Below, piece after piece: positions 31,103 to 40,757 of a stretch of 64,000 nt of DNA. The notes beneath the pieces were generated by a model that was given only the letters and a program-made list of their open reading frames with translations, was not told where the DNA came from and did not search any database. The position numbers were made by a program, and so were the translations under genes. Within the stretch, counting starts at the first letter, position 1; each line of letters starts with the position of its first letter. Location of the stretch: the NCBI GenBank assembly GCA_934096235.1, contig CAKOLO010000005.1:1084-65083 (forward strand), read 5' to 3'. This stretch comes from an uncultured Bacilli bacterium. GTDB lineage: Bacteria > Bacillota_I > Bacilli_A > RF39 > UBA660.

Positions 31103-31483
31103 ATGAAAGATAAGTATTTAAGAATATTCTTTTATGATTTAAGTATGTTATTTGGAAAATTTGAATTAAATGAAAACTTTATCAGCATATTTAATGCATT
31201 TGTAAAAGATAATTTAAATCCTACAACTATTGACTGTTTCAAGATGATAATAAAAGTAAAAAAAGGAAAAGAAGGTTATGACGCAAGATATGTTCTTGAT
31301 GATTTTATAAATGCTAATAATGACATTATTACTGATAAAACTAAAGATTTATTTAAGGATATTCCATTAGAAAAAGCAAATATGATAGGAGAAATGGCAG
31401 TGTCTTTTAAAAATTATATGGAAAGTGTAGTATACGCTATGTCAGTAGACACACCAAGTTATCTAAAACAATTGAAACAATAA
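31103..31483 (+). CDS. Hypothetical protein
   Basis: ORF with an RBS (AAGAGG). No motif recognised. Confidence 0.4.
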   Translation: MKDKYLRIFFYDLSMLFGKFELNENFISIFNAFVKDNLNPTTIDCFKMIIKVKKGKEGYDARYVLDDFINANNDIITDKTKDLFKDIPLEKANMIGEMAVSFKNYMESVVYAMSVDTPSYLKQLKQ

Positions 31484-31587
31484 AAAATATTTACACTTAT
31501 TACTTCTTTATATACAAAAAATATATTTAATGTGCTATATTAAATATAGAGGTAATATTAGTGTTAATGATAAATTAATACATTTTT

Positions 31588-31615
31588 AACATAGAATATT
31601 ACTATGTTATTTTTT
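31588..31615 (+). terminator. Terminator-like hairpin immediately upstream of the tmk RBS (possible attenuator)
   Basis: AACATAG-AATATTA-CTATGTT followed by ATTTTTT. It ends 2 nt before the GGAGG of tmk. Confidence 0.45.
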
Positions 31616-31628
31616 AATGGAGGAAAAT

Positions 31629-32363
31629 ATGCAAAGAGCAAAAATAATAGTAATAGAAGGAACAGATGGCTCAGGAAAAGAAACTCAAAGTAAAAAGATA
31701 GAAGAATATTATCTATCAAAAGGATTAAAAGTTAAAAAGTATTCTTTCCCTCAATATAATACACCAACTGGTAAAATAGTAGGTGCATCATACTTAGGAA
31801 AACCGGAACTAGGTGAATCAGTTTTTCCAGAAACATCAGCTGCAGTAGATCCACTAGTAAGTAGTTTATATTATGCAGCAGATAGACGTTATAATTTTTT
31901 AAAATTTATTGAAGAAGAAATATATCAAAATGATATTATAATACTTGATAGATACACTACTTCAAATATGGGACATCAAGCAGGTAAAGCAAAGAATAAA
32001 AAAGAAGAAGATAAAATATTAAGATTTATTGAAAAACTAGAATTTGATTTATGTGAACTTCCAAGACCAGATATAGTAGTATTTTTATATATGCCATTTG
32101 AAGCAACTAAGGAACTTAGAAAAGGAAGAGCTGCAGGTGATGGAAATGAAAACAGCGAAGAACATTTAAGAAAAGCAGAACAAACATATCTAGATATAAG
32201 TGATCGTTATGGATGGACACATATAGACTGTCTAAAAACTGAAAAGTTTGAACACCTTGAAGATATTAAGTCAATAGATGAAATTAGTGAAGAAATCATT
32301 GCCACTCTTAACAATAAACTAGAAGAAGAACCAAGTAAAATTAAAAGAATGACAAGATTTTAA
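31629..32363 (+). CDS. tmk: Thymidylate kinase-family protein
   Basis: P-loop IVIEGTDGSGKETQ and the DRY motif (LDRYTTSN), with a longer than usual C-terminus. I set the start at ATG 31629, after GGAGG. Confidence 0.7.
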   Translation: MQRAKIIVIEGTDGSGKETQSKKIEEYYLSKGLKVKKYSFPQYNTPTGKIVGASYLGKPELGESVFPETSAAVDPLVSSLYYAADRRYNFLKFIEEEIYQNDIIILDRYTTSNMGHQAGKAKNKKEEDKILRFIEKLEFDLCELPRPDIVVFLYMPFEATKELRKGRAAGDGNENSEEHLRKAEQTYLDISDRYGWTHIDCLKTEKFEHLEDIKSIDEISEEIIATLNNKLEEEPSKIKRMTRF

Positions 32364-32383
32364 TATAAGAAAGTGAGGTAATT

Positions 32384-33286
32384 ATGGGACGTTGGGATAA
32401 AGAATATCTTAAACTATGTAGAAAAATATTAAAGGAAGGAAAAGAAGTAGAAAACAGAACTGGAATTAATACTATTAAAATACCAGCATATAATTTTGAA
32501 TTTGATTTAGAAAAAGAATTTCCATTTCTTACAACTAAACAATTATTTTATAGACAAGCAATTTTAGAAATGTTATGGATTTTCCAAGTACAAAGCAATG
32601 ATGTAAGATGGCTTCAAGAAAGAAATGTTCATATATGGGACGAATGGGAAATAGATGAAAATGGATTATGGAAAGCAACACAAATGATACCAGATGGAAA
32701 TGGTAATCTAGTAAAAAAAGAAATAGTAAAAGATTTTGGAAAAGAGTGGGCTCATACAATTGGAACAGCATATGGATGGATAGTAAGAGAATATGATCAA
32801 ATAAATAAACTAATTAATACTATTAAAACAAATCCAACTGATAGAAGAATGATAATAAATTTATGGCAAAATAAACACTTAGATACAGCAGTTTTACCAT
32901 CATGCGTATGGTCTTCAGAATGGGATGTAACTGATGGACACTTAAATGCATATGTCCATCAAAGAAGCTGTGATGTACCATTAGGACTTCCATTTAACAT
33001 AACACAATATTCAGTACTACTTTATATGATTGCTCATGTAACAGGACTTAAACCAGGTAAACTTTATTGGAGTATAAAAGATGCACATATCTATGTAAAT
33101 CAAATCGAAGGAATAAAAGAACAAATAAGAAGAGGAAAAGAATTAGAAGATCTACCTGCACCAGAATTATGGTTAAACCCAGAAGTAAAAGATTTCTATG
33201 ACTTTGATAACAGTAGTGAATTAAAAGATATAAAAGTACTTAATTATCGTCATCATGGTAAAATATCTTTTCCAATCGCTCAATAG
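32384..33286 (+). CDS. thyA: Thymidylate synthase (ThyA)
   Basis: DRRMIINLWQ, LPSC (catalytic Cys) and HQRSCDVPLGLPFNITQYSVLL. Confidence 0.88.
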   Translation: MGRWDKEYLKLCRKILKEGKEVENRTGINTIKIPAYNFEFDLEKEFPFLTTKQLFYRQAILEMLWIFQVQSNDVRWLQERNVHIWDEWEIDENGLWKATQMIPDGNGNLVKKEIVKDFGKEWAHTIGTAYGWIVREYDQINKLINTIKTNPTDRRMIINLWQNKHLDTAVLPSCVWSSEWDVTDGHLNAYVHQRSCDVPLGLPFNITQYSVLLYMIAHVTGLKPGKLYWSIKDAHIYVNQIEGIKEQIRRGKELEDLPAPELWLNPEVKDFYDFDNSSELKDIKVLNYRHHGKISFPIAQ

Positions 33287-33293
33287 GTGAAAC

Positions 33294-33773
33294 ATGAGTT
33301 ATACAATAATCGCTGCAATAGGTAAAAATAGAGAACTAGGTAAAGATAATAACTTAATATGGCATTTACCTGGAGACTTAAAGTTTTTTAAAGAAACAAC
33401 AACAGGACACTCAATAATAATGGGAAGAAAAACACTAGAGTCACTTCCAAAACTACTACCAAATCGTCATCATATAGTTTTATCAAGTAGTAATGATTTT
33501 ACATCAGAAATAGAACATTATAAAACATTAAAAGAATTATTAAATAATTTAAAAGATAAAAACGAAGAATTTTTTGTAATAGGTGGCGCATCAATATATA
33601 AAGAATTTATAGATATAGTTGATAAAATGTATTTAACAGAAATAGAAGCAGAATGTAATGATGCTGATGCATATTTTCCAGAATTTAATAAAAATGAATG
33701 GAATAGAGAAGTATTAAAAGAAAGCAAAGACAATAATATTCCATATAAACATGTACTATATAAGAAGAAGTAA
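33294..33773 (+). CDS. folA: Dihydrofolate reductase
   Basis: IIAAIGKNRELGKDNNLIWHLPGDLKFFKETT, IMGRKT and VIGGASIY. Confidence 0.88.
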   Translation: MSYTIIAAIGKNRELGKDNNLIWHLPGDLKFFKETTTGHSIIMGRKTLESLPKLLPNRHHIVLSSSNDFTSEIEHYKTLKELLNNLKDKNEEFFVIGGASIYKEFIDIVDKMYLTEIEAECNDADAYFPEFNKNEWNREVLKESKDNNIPYKHVLYKKK

Positions 33774-33827
33774 TTCTTCTTTTTTTTGATAAAAAAATAT
33801 ATTATAATATTTAAAGGAAGTGATATC

Positions 33828-34736
33828 ATGTTTGAAAAACTATTTAATAAAAATTTAAAACTATTACCAATATCAACTATATTTATAGTACTTACTTTAA
33901 TAATTTGTATTTCCTTTCAAATATATTCAAAAAAAATATTAAAAACTGACTTAGAATTAAACTGTATAACATTCGATCAAACAAAAGAAAATGAAAAAGC
34001 AAAAATATCTAGTATTAAAAATATACTTTTAATCAAAGATGACTACTATTTAGTACTTAATGATGATACATTCTATGTAGCTAAAATATCAGTAAATGAA
34101 ATTAAAAAAATAAGAAAAGATATATCTAAAGATAAAAAATATACTTTATATGGAGAATCTAAAAAAATAGATAAAAGTACTATAGAAGAATTCGTAAATA
34201 CTTATAATAAACTAAAGAAAGATGAAACAATTACTAAAGAAGAATATAATGAAAAATTTGGATATATGTATCTAGATCAAAAGAGTATTGATGCCTCACT
34301 AACTAAAAAAAGTAACATAGTAGTTATCTTATCTTTATTATTAGTATTAACTGGTATAACAATATCAATTATATTTATAAAAAATAATAACAAAAATTAT
34401 AAATTGTTAAGAACACTTAGTAAATCAGAGATAGCTAAACTTAATAAAGAATTAAATAAATCAAAAAAATATAAAAATATCTATATAACAGAAAGTTACA
34501 TAGTATTAAATAATTTATCATTAGATTTAATAAAATATGAAAGTATAATATTCGCATACAAAGAAAATAATAAAATAATAATATATACTAAATCACTAGA
34601 TAATTATAAAATAAAAGACATAGAAGAACTTAATATATTAAAAACAATAAAATCAAAAAATAAGAATGTATTAATAGATAAAACACCTAAAAATATAGAA
34701 ACATTATCTAAAAAATACAATCTTACTATAGAATAA
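33828..34736 (+). CDS. Hypothetical two-TM membrane protein
   Basis: The start at ATG 33828 is preceded by AAAGGAAG. TM segments lie near the N-terminus and mid-protein. The composition is Lys-rich. Confidence 0.4.
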   Translation: MFEKLFNKNLKLLPISTIFIVLTLIICISFQIYSKKILKTDLELNCITFDQTKENEKAKISSIKNILLIKDDYYLVLNDDTFYVAKISVNEIKKIRKDISKDKKYTLYGESKKIDKSTIEEFVNTYNKLKKDETITKEEYNEKFGYMYLDQKSIDASLTKKSNIVVILSLLLVLTGITISIIFIKNNNKNYKLLRTLSKSEIAKLNKELNKSKKYKNIYITESYIVLNNLSLDLIKYESIIFAYKENNKIIIYTKSLDNYKIKDIEELNILKTIKSKNKNVLIDKTPKNIETLSKKYNLTIE

Positions 34737-34759
34737 AAGGAAGTTTAAAACTTCCTCTT

Positions 34760-34963
34760 TTAATTATTACAGCTATTACAATTATTTGAATAACCATTAT
34801 TAATAAAACCTGCACCAAAGATAATAACTAATAATATAAATAATACTAATATAATTGCTGCTCCATAGCCATAACCATATCCACTATTATAATAACCTGG
34901 ATATGCACCATAATTCATTGCATTTCCGCCAGCATATCCACCATTATATCCATAATAATACAT
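34760..34963 (-). CDS. YjcZ-like Gly/Tyr-rich small membrane protein (sporulation-associated family)
   Basis: MYYYGYNGGYAGG...GYGYGYGAAIILVLFILLVIIFGAGF resembles the Bacillus YjcZ family pattern (GYG repeats followed by ALIVVLFILLIIVG). A strong RBS GGAGG lies upstream. Confidence 0.55.
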   Translation of the reverse strand: MYYYGYNGGYAGGNAMNYGAYPGYYNSGYGYGYGAAIILVLFILLVIIFGAGFINNGYSNNCNSCNN

Positions 34964-35079
34964 ATATTACCTCCTAACTTATCTATATTATTTTATGGCT
35001 AGCTTAATATATTGACACTACTAAAATAGTATATAATTTACATTTAATATTATTTTTTGTATAATATACATGATAGAGT

Positions 35080-36318
35080 ATGAAAAAGAGAAAGAAAGTA
35101 AAAGTATTAAAATATATTAATAAACCAATTCTTGCATTGACTTTTTTGTTTGCATTAGTTGGGGCATTTTTTATATTAGATGCATCTTCAATATCTGCAA
35201 CACTTACATATGGTAAAGATACACCATATTTCTTTTTCATAAGACAACTTTTATTTGTATTTGTATCATTTACGATTGCCTTACCACTTCTTAAAATAGA
35301 AACCAAACATTATGAAGCATTATCTTGTTTTGCAGCTTTAATATTTCTTGCATTAACTTTATCAAAGATCTTAAGTAATGCTATAACAGGAGATATTAGT
35401 ACACTAACTATTAATTTAAAAGTTATACAATTACAACCAGCGGAATTTCTTAAAGTATTTTTAACACTATACTTAGGAAGTTTTCTTGGTAAATGGAGTA
35501 ATTGTCAAAGGCCAAAATGGCTAATAATAATTCCACTTTTTATATGTTTTGTAGCGTTTGCATTAGTTGTCTTAGGTGGAGACTTAGGTAGTGCAGCAAT
35601 AATGGCAGCATTATTTGCATTAATATATGTTTGTACCCCTATAAGAAAAGATATAGTTTCTTCAGAAAATAAAAGTGATAAATCGTTAAAAAATATATTT
35701 ATAGGACTAAAATATGCATTAGTAATAGGATTAGTTGGAGCAATTATTTTATTAAAATTTGGATATAAAATATTACCAAAAAGCATGTTAGAATCAAGTT
35801 CAAGACTTAGTAGACTTATTTATACAAATCCATGTGATAGATATGAAGAACAAACAGGATATCAAGTATGTAATGGATTTATAGCTATTGATAATGGCGG
35901 TCTTAAGGGAGTAGGACAAGGTGGTTCAGTACAAAAATATCTATATTTACCAGAAAGTCATACAGACTTTATATTCCCAATAATAGTAGAAGAATTCGGA
36001 GTAATAAGTGGTATAGCAATAATATTAGTTTATATGCTCCTTACATATTTGATATTTAGAGTAGCAACTAATACATATAACTTATCAAATTCAATAATAT
36101 GTTATGGCCTTGGTATATATTTCATGCTTCATATATTTGTAAATCTTGGAGGTGTACTTGGAATAATACCATTAACAGGAGTACCACTTCCATTCTTAAG
36201 TTATGGCGGTAGTTCATGTTTTGCAATTATCGGAGCATTCACAGTAGTACAAAGAATATATATAGAAAGTCAAATTGAAAAGAAAAATAGAGAAATAAGT
36301 AAAATAGTAAATAGATAA
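35080..36318 (+). CDS. SEDS glycosyltransferase, FtsW/RodA/SpoVE family
   Basis: Polytopic protein with QPAEFLK, ESHTDFIFPII and PLTGVPLPFLSYGGSS motifs. Confidence 0.85.
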   Translation: MKKRKKVKVLKYINKPILALTFLFALVGAFFILDASSISATLTYGKDTPYFFFIRQLLFVFVSFTIALPLLKIETKHYEALSCFAALIFLALTLSKILSNAITGDISTLTINLKVIQLQPAEFLKVFLTLYLGSFLGKWSNCQRPKWLIIIPLFICFVAFALVVLGGDLGSAAIMAALFALIYVCTPIRKDIVSSENKSDKSLKNIFIGLKYALVIGLVGAIILLKFGYKILPKSMLESSSRLSRLIYTNPCDRYEEQTGYQVCNGFIAIDNGGLKGVGQGGSVQKYLYLPESHTDFIFPIIVEEFGVISGIAIILVYMLLTYLIFRVATNTYNLSNSIICYGLGIYFMLHIFVNLGGVLGIIPLTGVPLPFLSYGGSSCFAIIGAFTVVQRIYIESQIEKKNREISKIVNR

Positions 36319-36340
36319 GGTAGTACCTTATCTATTTTAT
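36313..36340 (+). terminator. Terminator after the SEDS gene
   Basis: AGATAAGGTA / TACCTTATCT inverted repeat followed by ATTTTATTT. Confidence 0.6.
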
Positions 36341-36349
36341 TTATAGTGT

Positions 36350-36561
36350 TATAATGTACTAATATTAGATGAACCAACTAGAAACGTAAGCCGCTTTCTA
36401 ATCCAGTAATTAGAAAAGTATTGAAAGAATTTGATGGAACTTCAATATCACATGATAGAAAATATATAGAAGAACTAGCAAATAAGCTATATTTGCTTAC
36501 TAATAATGGATTAAATTTAATAGAAAAAGAAGAATTTATAGAGAAATTTATCGAAAAATAG
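36350..36561 (+). pseudogene. Remnant of an ABC ATPase (C-terminal ~70 codons, frameshifted)
   Basis: One frame reads VLILDEPTRN (Walker B). After a frameshift, another frame reads PLSNPVIRKVLKEFDGTSISHDRKYIEELANKLYLL up to a stop at 36559-36561. There is no start codon, Walker A or signature motif. Confidence 0.6.
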
Positions 36562-36570
36562 CCAAAAACC

Positions 36571-36599
36571 TAGACAATGTGTATAAATTGTGTTATTAT
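36571..36599 (+). promoter_or_regulatory. sigma-A type promoter of rplS
   Basis: TAGACA, a 17-nt spacer ending in TGT, then TATTAT. Confidence 0.5.
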
Positions 36600-36661
36600 T
36601 ATATCGCTTAATCCGCTGCATCTATGTATGATTAAATAAAGCACAAAGGAGGATATATAGT

Positions 36662-37000
36662 ATGAATCTAATTGACAAGATCAATAAGAAACAAATCAAC
36701 CCAAATGTTCCTGATTTCCAAGTTGGAGATACAGTAAGAGTTGATGTTAAGATTAAAGAAGGTAAAAGAGAAAGAATTCAAGCATTCGAAGGAATCGTAA
36801 CTGCTCGTAAAGGTGGAAGCGTATCTGAAACTTTCACAGTTAGAAAGAAAAGTGGAAGCGTTGGAGTTAATAGAATTTTCCCAGTTAATAGCCCATTAAT
36901 CGATAAGATTACAGTTGTTAAAAAAGGAAAAGTAAGAAGAGCTAAACTTAACTTCTTAAAAGGATTAACAGGAAGCTTTAGAATTAAAGAAAGAAATTAG
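36662..37000 (+). CDS. rplS: 50S ribosomal protein L19
   Basis: [35 protein letters not shown]. Confidence 0.95.
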   Translation: MNLIDKINKKQINPNVPDFQVGDTVRVDVKIKEGKRERIQAFEGIVTARKGGSVSETFTVRKKSGSVGVNRIFPVNSPLIDKITVVKKGKVRRAKLNFLKGLTGSFRIKERN

Positions 37001-37019
37001 GTTTTACACCTAATTTTTT
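36996..37019 (+). terminator. Weak terminator hairpin at the rplS stop
   Basis: ATTAGGT-TTTAC-ACCTAAT followed by TTTTT. Confidence 0.45.
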
Positions 37020-37038
37020 ATTAGATAAAGGAGAATAA

Positions 37039-37533
37039 ATGAAGAAAATATGGTATTCAATAAAAGACTATGTTTATATAGTCTTAATAGTAGTACTTAT
37101 AAGAACATTCTTAATAACACCAGCCGCAGTAAGTGGAAGTAGTATGGAAGATACCTTAAAAAGCCATGATTTAGTTATTATAAATAAATTAGTTTATAGA
37201 ATAAAAGATATAGAAAGATTTGATATAGTAGTAGTTAGCAACGAAGAAGATAATGATAGAATTATCAAAAGAATAATAGGACTTCCAAATGAAACAATAG
37301 AATATAAAGATAATAAACTTTATATAAATGGAAAAGAAATAGAAACAAAAATAAAATTTAAAGATACAGATGATTTCAAAGTAGAAACTAAAAATGATGA
37401 ATACTTCGTTTTAGGAGACAATAGACCAGTATCAAAAGACAGCAGATTACTTGGAAATTTCCATAAAAAAGATATAGTTGGAAGAGTAGGAATAAGATTC
37501 TATCCATTTGATAAAGTAGGTTACGTAAAATAA
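37039..37533 (+). CDS. lepB: Signal peptidase I (P-type, SipS/LepB)
   Basis: SGSSMEDTL (catalytic Ser), KRIIGLPNE (catalytic Lys box) and GDNRPVSKDSR. Confidence 0.85.
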   Translation: MKKIWYSIKDYVYIVLIVVLIRTFLITPAAVSGSSMEDTLKSHDLVIINKLVYRIKDIERFDIVVVSNEEDNDRIIKRIIGLPNETIEYKDNKLYINGKEIETKIKFKDTDDFKVETKNDEYFVLGDNRPVSKDSRLLGNFHKKDIVGRVGIRFYPFDKVGYVK

Positions 37534-37563
37534 AGATGTAGAAAAAATTCTACATCTTTTTTT
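37534..37563. terminator. Bidirectional terminator between lepB and the convergent ORF
   Basis: AGATGTAGA-AAAAAT-TCTACATCT flanked by an A-run and a T-run. Confidence 0.75.
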
Positions 37564-38170
37564 AATCAGCGTGAATACCATTAATAGGCTCTTCACTATT
37601 CAAAATTTCTTGATACTCTTCATTAGTTATAAGACTAGTATTAGTAAGTAATGTTTTAATATTCTTATCAACTGGAGCAGTAATGACATATGCAAAATTC
37701 TTATTACTATCTACAACAGAGTCATTTAATATATATAATTTAACTTTAGATCTTTTAACTACTATATCTGCAACTCTAACATTAACTTTAGAAGCATTTT
37801 CTTTGTAATAAGTATAGACTATATATTTTTTAGAAGTATCTTTATATACAGCATTAATATTAAATTTATAACAATAGTCTTCATACTTCCTATAATCGTA
37901 TATTCCCTCAATATTAAATTCCTTATATTTTTCATCATACTTATCAAACACCTTATACTGTATATCATATTCACCAGTATAATCATCTTTTATTACAGAA
38001 AAATTTTGATTTCTAAATCTATGATTACTAATATTTTTAGACATCAGTTCTTCACTATTAGGTTCATGAATATAAACAGGATATATAAAGAATACAAATA
38101 GTAATATCAAAACAACAATAATTGTAATAATTATATTTTTTCTTTTATTATTTCTAACTTTTCTTTTCAT
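37562..38170 (-). CDS. Hypothetical membrane-anchored protein
   Basis: N-terminal basic stretch plus one TM segment (IIITIIVVLILLFVFFIY) and a Tyr/Lys-rich extracytoplasmic domain. Confidence 0.45.
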   Translation of the reverse strand: MKRKVRNNKRKNIIITIIVVLILLFVFFIYPVYIHEPNSEELMSKNISNHRFRNQNFSVIKDDYTGEYDIQYKVFDKYDEKYKEFNIEGIYDYRKYEDYCYKFNINAVYKDTSKKYIVYTYYKENASKVNVRVADIVVKRSKVKLYILNDSVVDSNKNFAYVITAPVDKNIKTLLTNTSLITNEEYQEILNSEEPINGIHAD

Positions 38171-38274
38171 AAACTCACAACCTACCTTTAAATTTATGTT
38201 ATCAAATTAAAATAGTTTTAGCAATAAGAAATAATTAAAAAGAATTAAAAGCACTTTAGAGAATAAAATTAAGT

Positions 38275-38886
38275 ATGAAAGAATTAATGATAAGTATAAT
38301 GAATAGTTATGGATATTTAGGAGTATTTTTACTAATATTAATCGAAAATATTTTTCCTCCAATTCCATCGGAAGCAATACTTCTGTTTGGTGGATTTATG
38401 ACTACATACACAAGTTTAAATGTTTTGGGTATGACAACTTCTTCTACTTTTGGTTCAGTTTTAGGAGCACTTATACTTTATAAAATTGGAAGCTTATTTA
38501 ATAGAGAAACATTAAAAAAAATTACTGAAACACAACTTGGAAAATTCTTAAGATTAAAAAATAGTGATATAGATTCATCATTTAATTGGTTTCAAACAAA
38601 AGGTGAAAAGACAATATTTTTTTGTAGATTTATACCACTCATACGAAGTCTTATATCATTACCAGCAGGCATAAATAAAATGAATTTATCAAAGTTTATA
38701 GTTTATACAACACTAGGATCGTTAATATGGAATGTATTTTTAATATCACTAGGTAATATAGTTGGAAGTAACTGGGAAAATATTCTAAAAATATTTAATC
38801 TTTATTCTATTTACGCAGTAGTACTTATATTCATAATATCAATAATTCTAATAATTAAATTTTATAAAAAGAAATCTAAAGAGTAG
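38275..38886 (+). CDS. DedA/SNARE-associated family membrane protein
   Basis: ENIFPPIPSEAILLFGGF and FFCRFIPLIRSLISLPAG motifs. Confidence 0.8.
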   Translation: MKELMISIMNSYGYLGVFLLILIENIFPPIPSEAILLFGGFMTTYTSLNVLGMTTSSTFGSVLGALILYKIGSLFNRETLKKITETQLGKFLRLKNSDIDSSFNWFQTKGEKTIFFCRFIPLIRSLISLPAGINKMNLSKFIVYTTLGSLIWNVFLISLGNIVGSNWENILKIFNLYSIYAVVLIFIISIILIIKFYKKKSKE

Positions 38887-38905
38887 AGAAAATATCTACT
38901 CTTTT
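38878..38905 (+). terminator. Terminator after dedA
   Basis: GAGTAGA-GAAAATA-TCTACTC followed by TTTT. Confidence 0.6.
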
Positions 38906-38909
38906 ATGA

Positions 38910-39523
38910 TATAATCAAAAAAGAAGTATAAAAGAAATATCAAATATAATTGGCATTGATAATTTATGTATTCGTTATGATCCTATATTTATAAGCGATA
39001 AATATACAGTAGAATATCATATAAAAGCATTCTCTAAATTATGTAGTTTACTTAATGGATACACTAAAAAAATAATCGTATCATTTATAGATTACTATAA
39101 AAATGTAAGAAGCAACAAAAATATATAAACGATTTACCATTCACTGAAGATATATATAAAAGTATAGGAGAAAACTTTAGTAAGATTGCTAGTGAAAATA
39201 ATATAACAGTTCAAACATGTTTTGAAGATAGAAACCTAACAGAATATGGATTTACAAAAGGAGAATGTATTTCTTCAAAACTTGCTTTTAAACTAACAGG
39301 AAAAATATATAAGCCATGGAAAGCAAGAAAAGAAAGAAAATGTAATTGCGTAGAAATGGTAGATATAGGTGCATATAATACATGCAATCATTTATGCAAA
39401 TACTGTTATGCCAATTATGACGAAAAACAAGTAAAAAATAATATTAAAAAACATAATAAAAATAGCACTTTATTAATTGGAGAACTAGAAAGCGATGATA
39501 TAATAAAAGAAAGGACAAAATAA
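38910..39523 (+). pseudogene. DUF1848-family gene remnant (N-terminally truncated, frameshifted)
   Basis: The first frame reads IRYDPIFISDKYTVEYHIKAFSKL...IIVSFIDYYKNV, ending at TAA 39126. A second frame reads DLPFTEDIY...KCNCVEMVDIGAYNTCNHLCKYCYANYD up to a stop at 39521. The frame break lies in an A-rich run near 39110-39130. No start codon. Confidence 0.6.
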
Positions 39524-39525
39524 TT

Positions 39526-40242
39526 ATGAGAATTGTATTTAAAAAATTACCATTAGAAGAAAATATTAATATAGTTAAGTGGACACTATTTGATGATAAT
39601 GAAATAAGTAATTTTAGACGCTTTGCGATAGAATTATTTCCAGAACTAGAAAATGTTAAAGAAAATGAAACTTTTAAAATAGAAGAAATAGTTACTAAAA
39701 AATATAATGAATCTATAAGTATTATGGAAAGTGAAATAGAAAGATATACTAATTTATGGAATAAATATAATAATATTTATTTTAAAGAATTAAGTGATTA
39801 TTTAAATGTTAATGTATCTTTTAATGAAGTAATAGCTTATATAGGATTTATACCTGTATTTCCAAGAAATATAGATGATCATACATTTGATTTAGGAATT
39901 AATCTTACTGATGAAAAAGTAATCGAAGTATGTGCTCATGAAACATTACATTTTTATTGGTTTAAAAAATGGTTAGAACTTTATCCCAATACTAAACGTG
40001 AAGAATTAGATTTTCCATATAAAGTATGGCAATATAGTGAAATGGTAACAGACCCAGTATTAAATAGTGAACCATTTAATAATATGTTTCCATTTACTGA
40101 AAGAGCATATGATAGTTTTTATGAACTTAAAGATGGAAACTTAAAAGTAATGGATAAATTAAAATCTATATTTAATGAAAACATAAAAATCGAAGATAAA
40201 ATAAAGAAAGGTTACACTTATATAAGTGAATCAAAAGATTAA
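39526..40242 (+). CDS. Hypothetical protein with an HExxH motif
   Basis: VCAHETLHFYWF suggests a zinc metallopeptidase-like site. Otherwise unrecognised. Confidence 0.4.
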   Translation: MRIVFKKLPLEENINIVKWTLFDDNEISNFRRFAIELFPELENVKENETFKIEEIVTKKYNESISIMESEIERYTNLWNKYNNIYFKELSDYLNVNVSFNEVIAYIGFIPVFPRNIDDHTFDLGINLTDEKVIEVCAHETLHFYWFKKWLELYPNTKREELDFPYKVWQYSEMVTDPVLNSEPFNNMFPFTERAYDSFYELKDGNLKVMDKLKSIFNENIKIEDKIKKGYTYISESKD

Positions 40243-40243
40243 T

Positions 40244-40590
40244 ATGAAAGAATTATTTAAAAAGAATGAAACATTGTTTACAATACTATTGATAATTGTT
40301 TAACATTTGGAATAGGGCATATAGTAAACTTACTAAATGGAGAATCTCTAATACCAACACTATTTCAAATATGCTATGCAATATCAATAGGATATTTATT
40401 TGTAACAATATTTATAAGCAGTAAATCATTGTTTCCATGTATCATAACACATGCACTTATAAATTCACTTGCAATATTTAACGTTCAAAATGAAATATCT
40501 ACATACTTAATACCAATAATTTTAATAATTATATCATTAGGCTATTCATTCTATATTAAAAAGACTCAAACCAAATATCATAAAGCTTAA
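40244..40590 (+). pseudogene. CPBP (CAAX/Abi) intramembrane protease remnant
   Basis: A short N-terminal ORF (MKELFKKNETLFTILLIIV, then a stop) is followed in another frame by GIGHIVNLLNG...SLFPCIITHALINSLAIF, the last conserved His motif region of CPBP proteases. The EExxxR motif region is missing. Confidence 0.55.
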
Positions 40591-40605
40591 GAATTTATAA
40601 ATATT

Positions 40606-40630
40606 AGTAGGAAAGATCCTACTTTTTATT
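40606..40630 (+). terminator. Terminator after the CPBP remnant
   Basis: AGTAGGA-AAGA-TCCTACT followed by TTTTATTT. Confidence 0.6.
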
Positions 40631-40757
40631 TATTTTATAAAAATATGTAAATTTTAATTGACAAACGTGTGTTTGTATAATAATATATAAACTACATTGA
40701 TTGAGAAATAAATAAATGGTAAAATAAAAAAATATTTTAAAGGGGGTGAATACTAAA

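Noticed and set aside
31629-33773. tmk-thyA-folA as a phage-derived nucleotide module
   Set aside because: It is flanked by core genes, with no phage structural, replication or integration genes. The composition is not visibly different from its surroundings.
37039-37533. Whether lepB could be the SipW-type peptidase for the TasA-like signal peptides
   Set aside because: It has the bacterial P-type Ser/Lys boxes (SGSSM, KRIIGLP, GDNRPVSKDSR), not the ER-type Ser/His arrangement of SipW.
40746-40757. GTG start listed for the kinase-like ORF
   Set aside because: The GTG is part of the AGGGGGTG ribosome-binding region. The ATG at 40758 has proper spacing.
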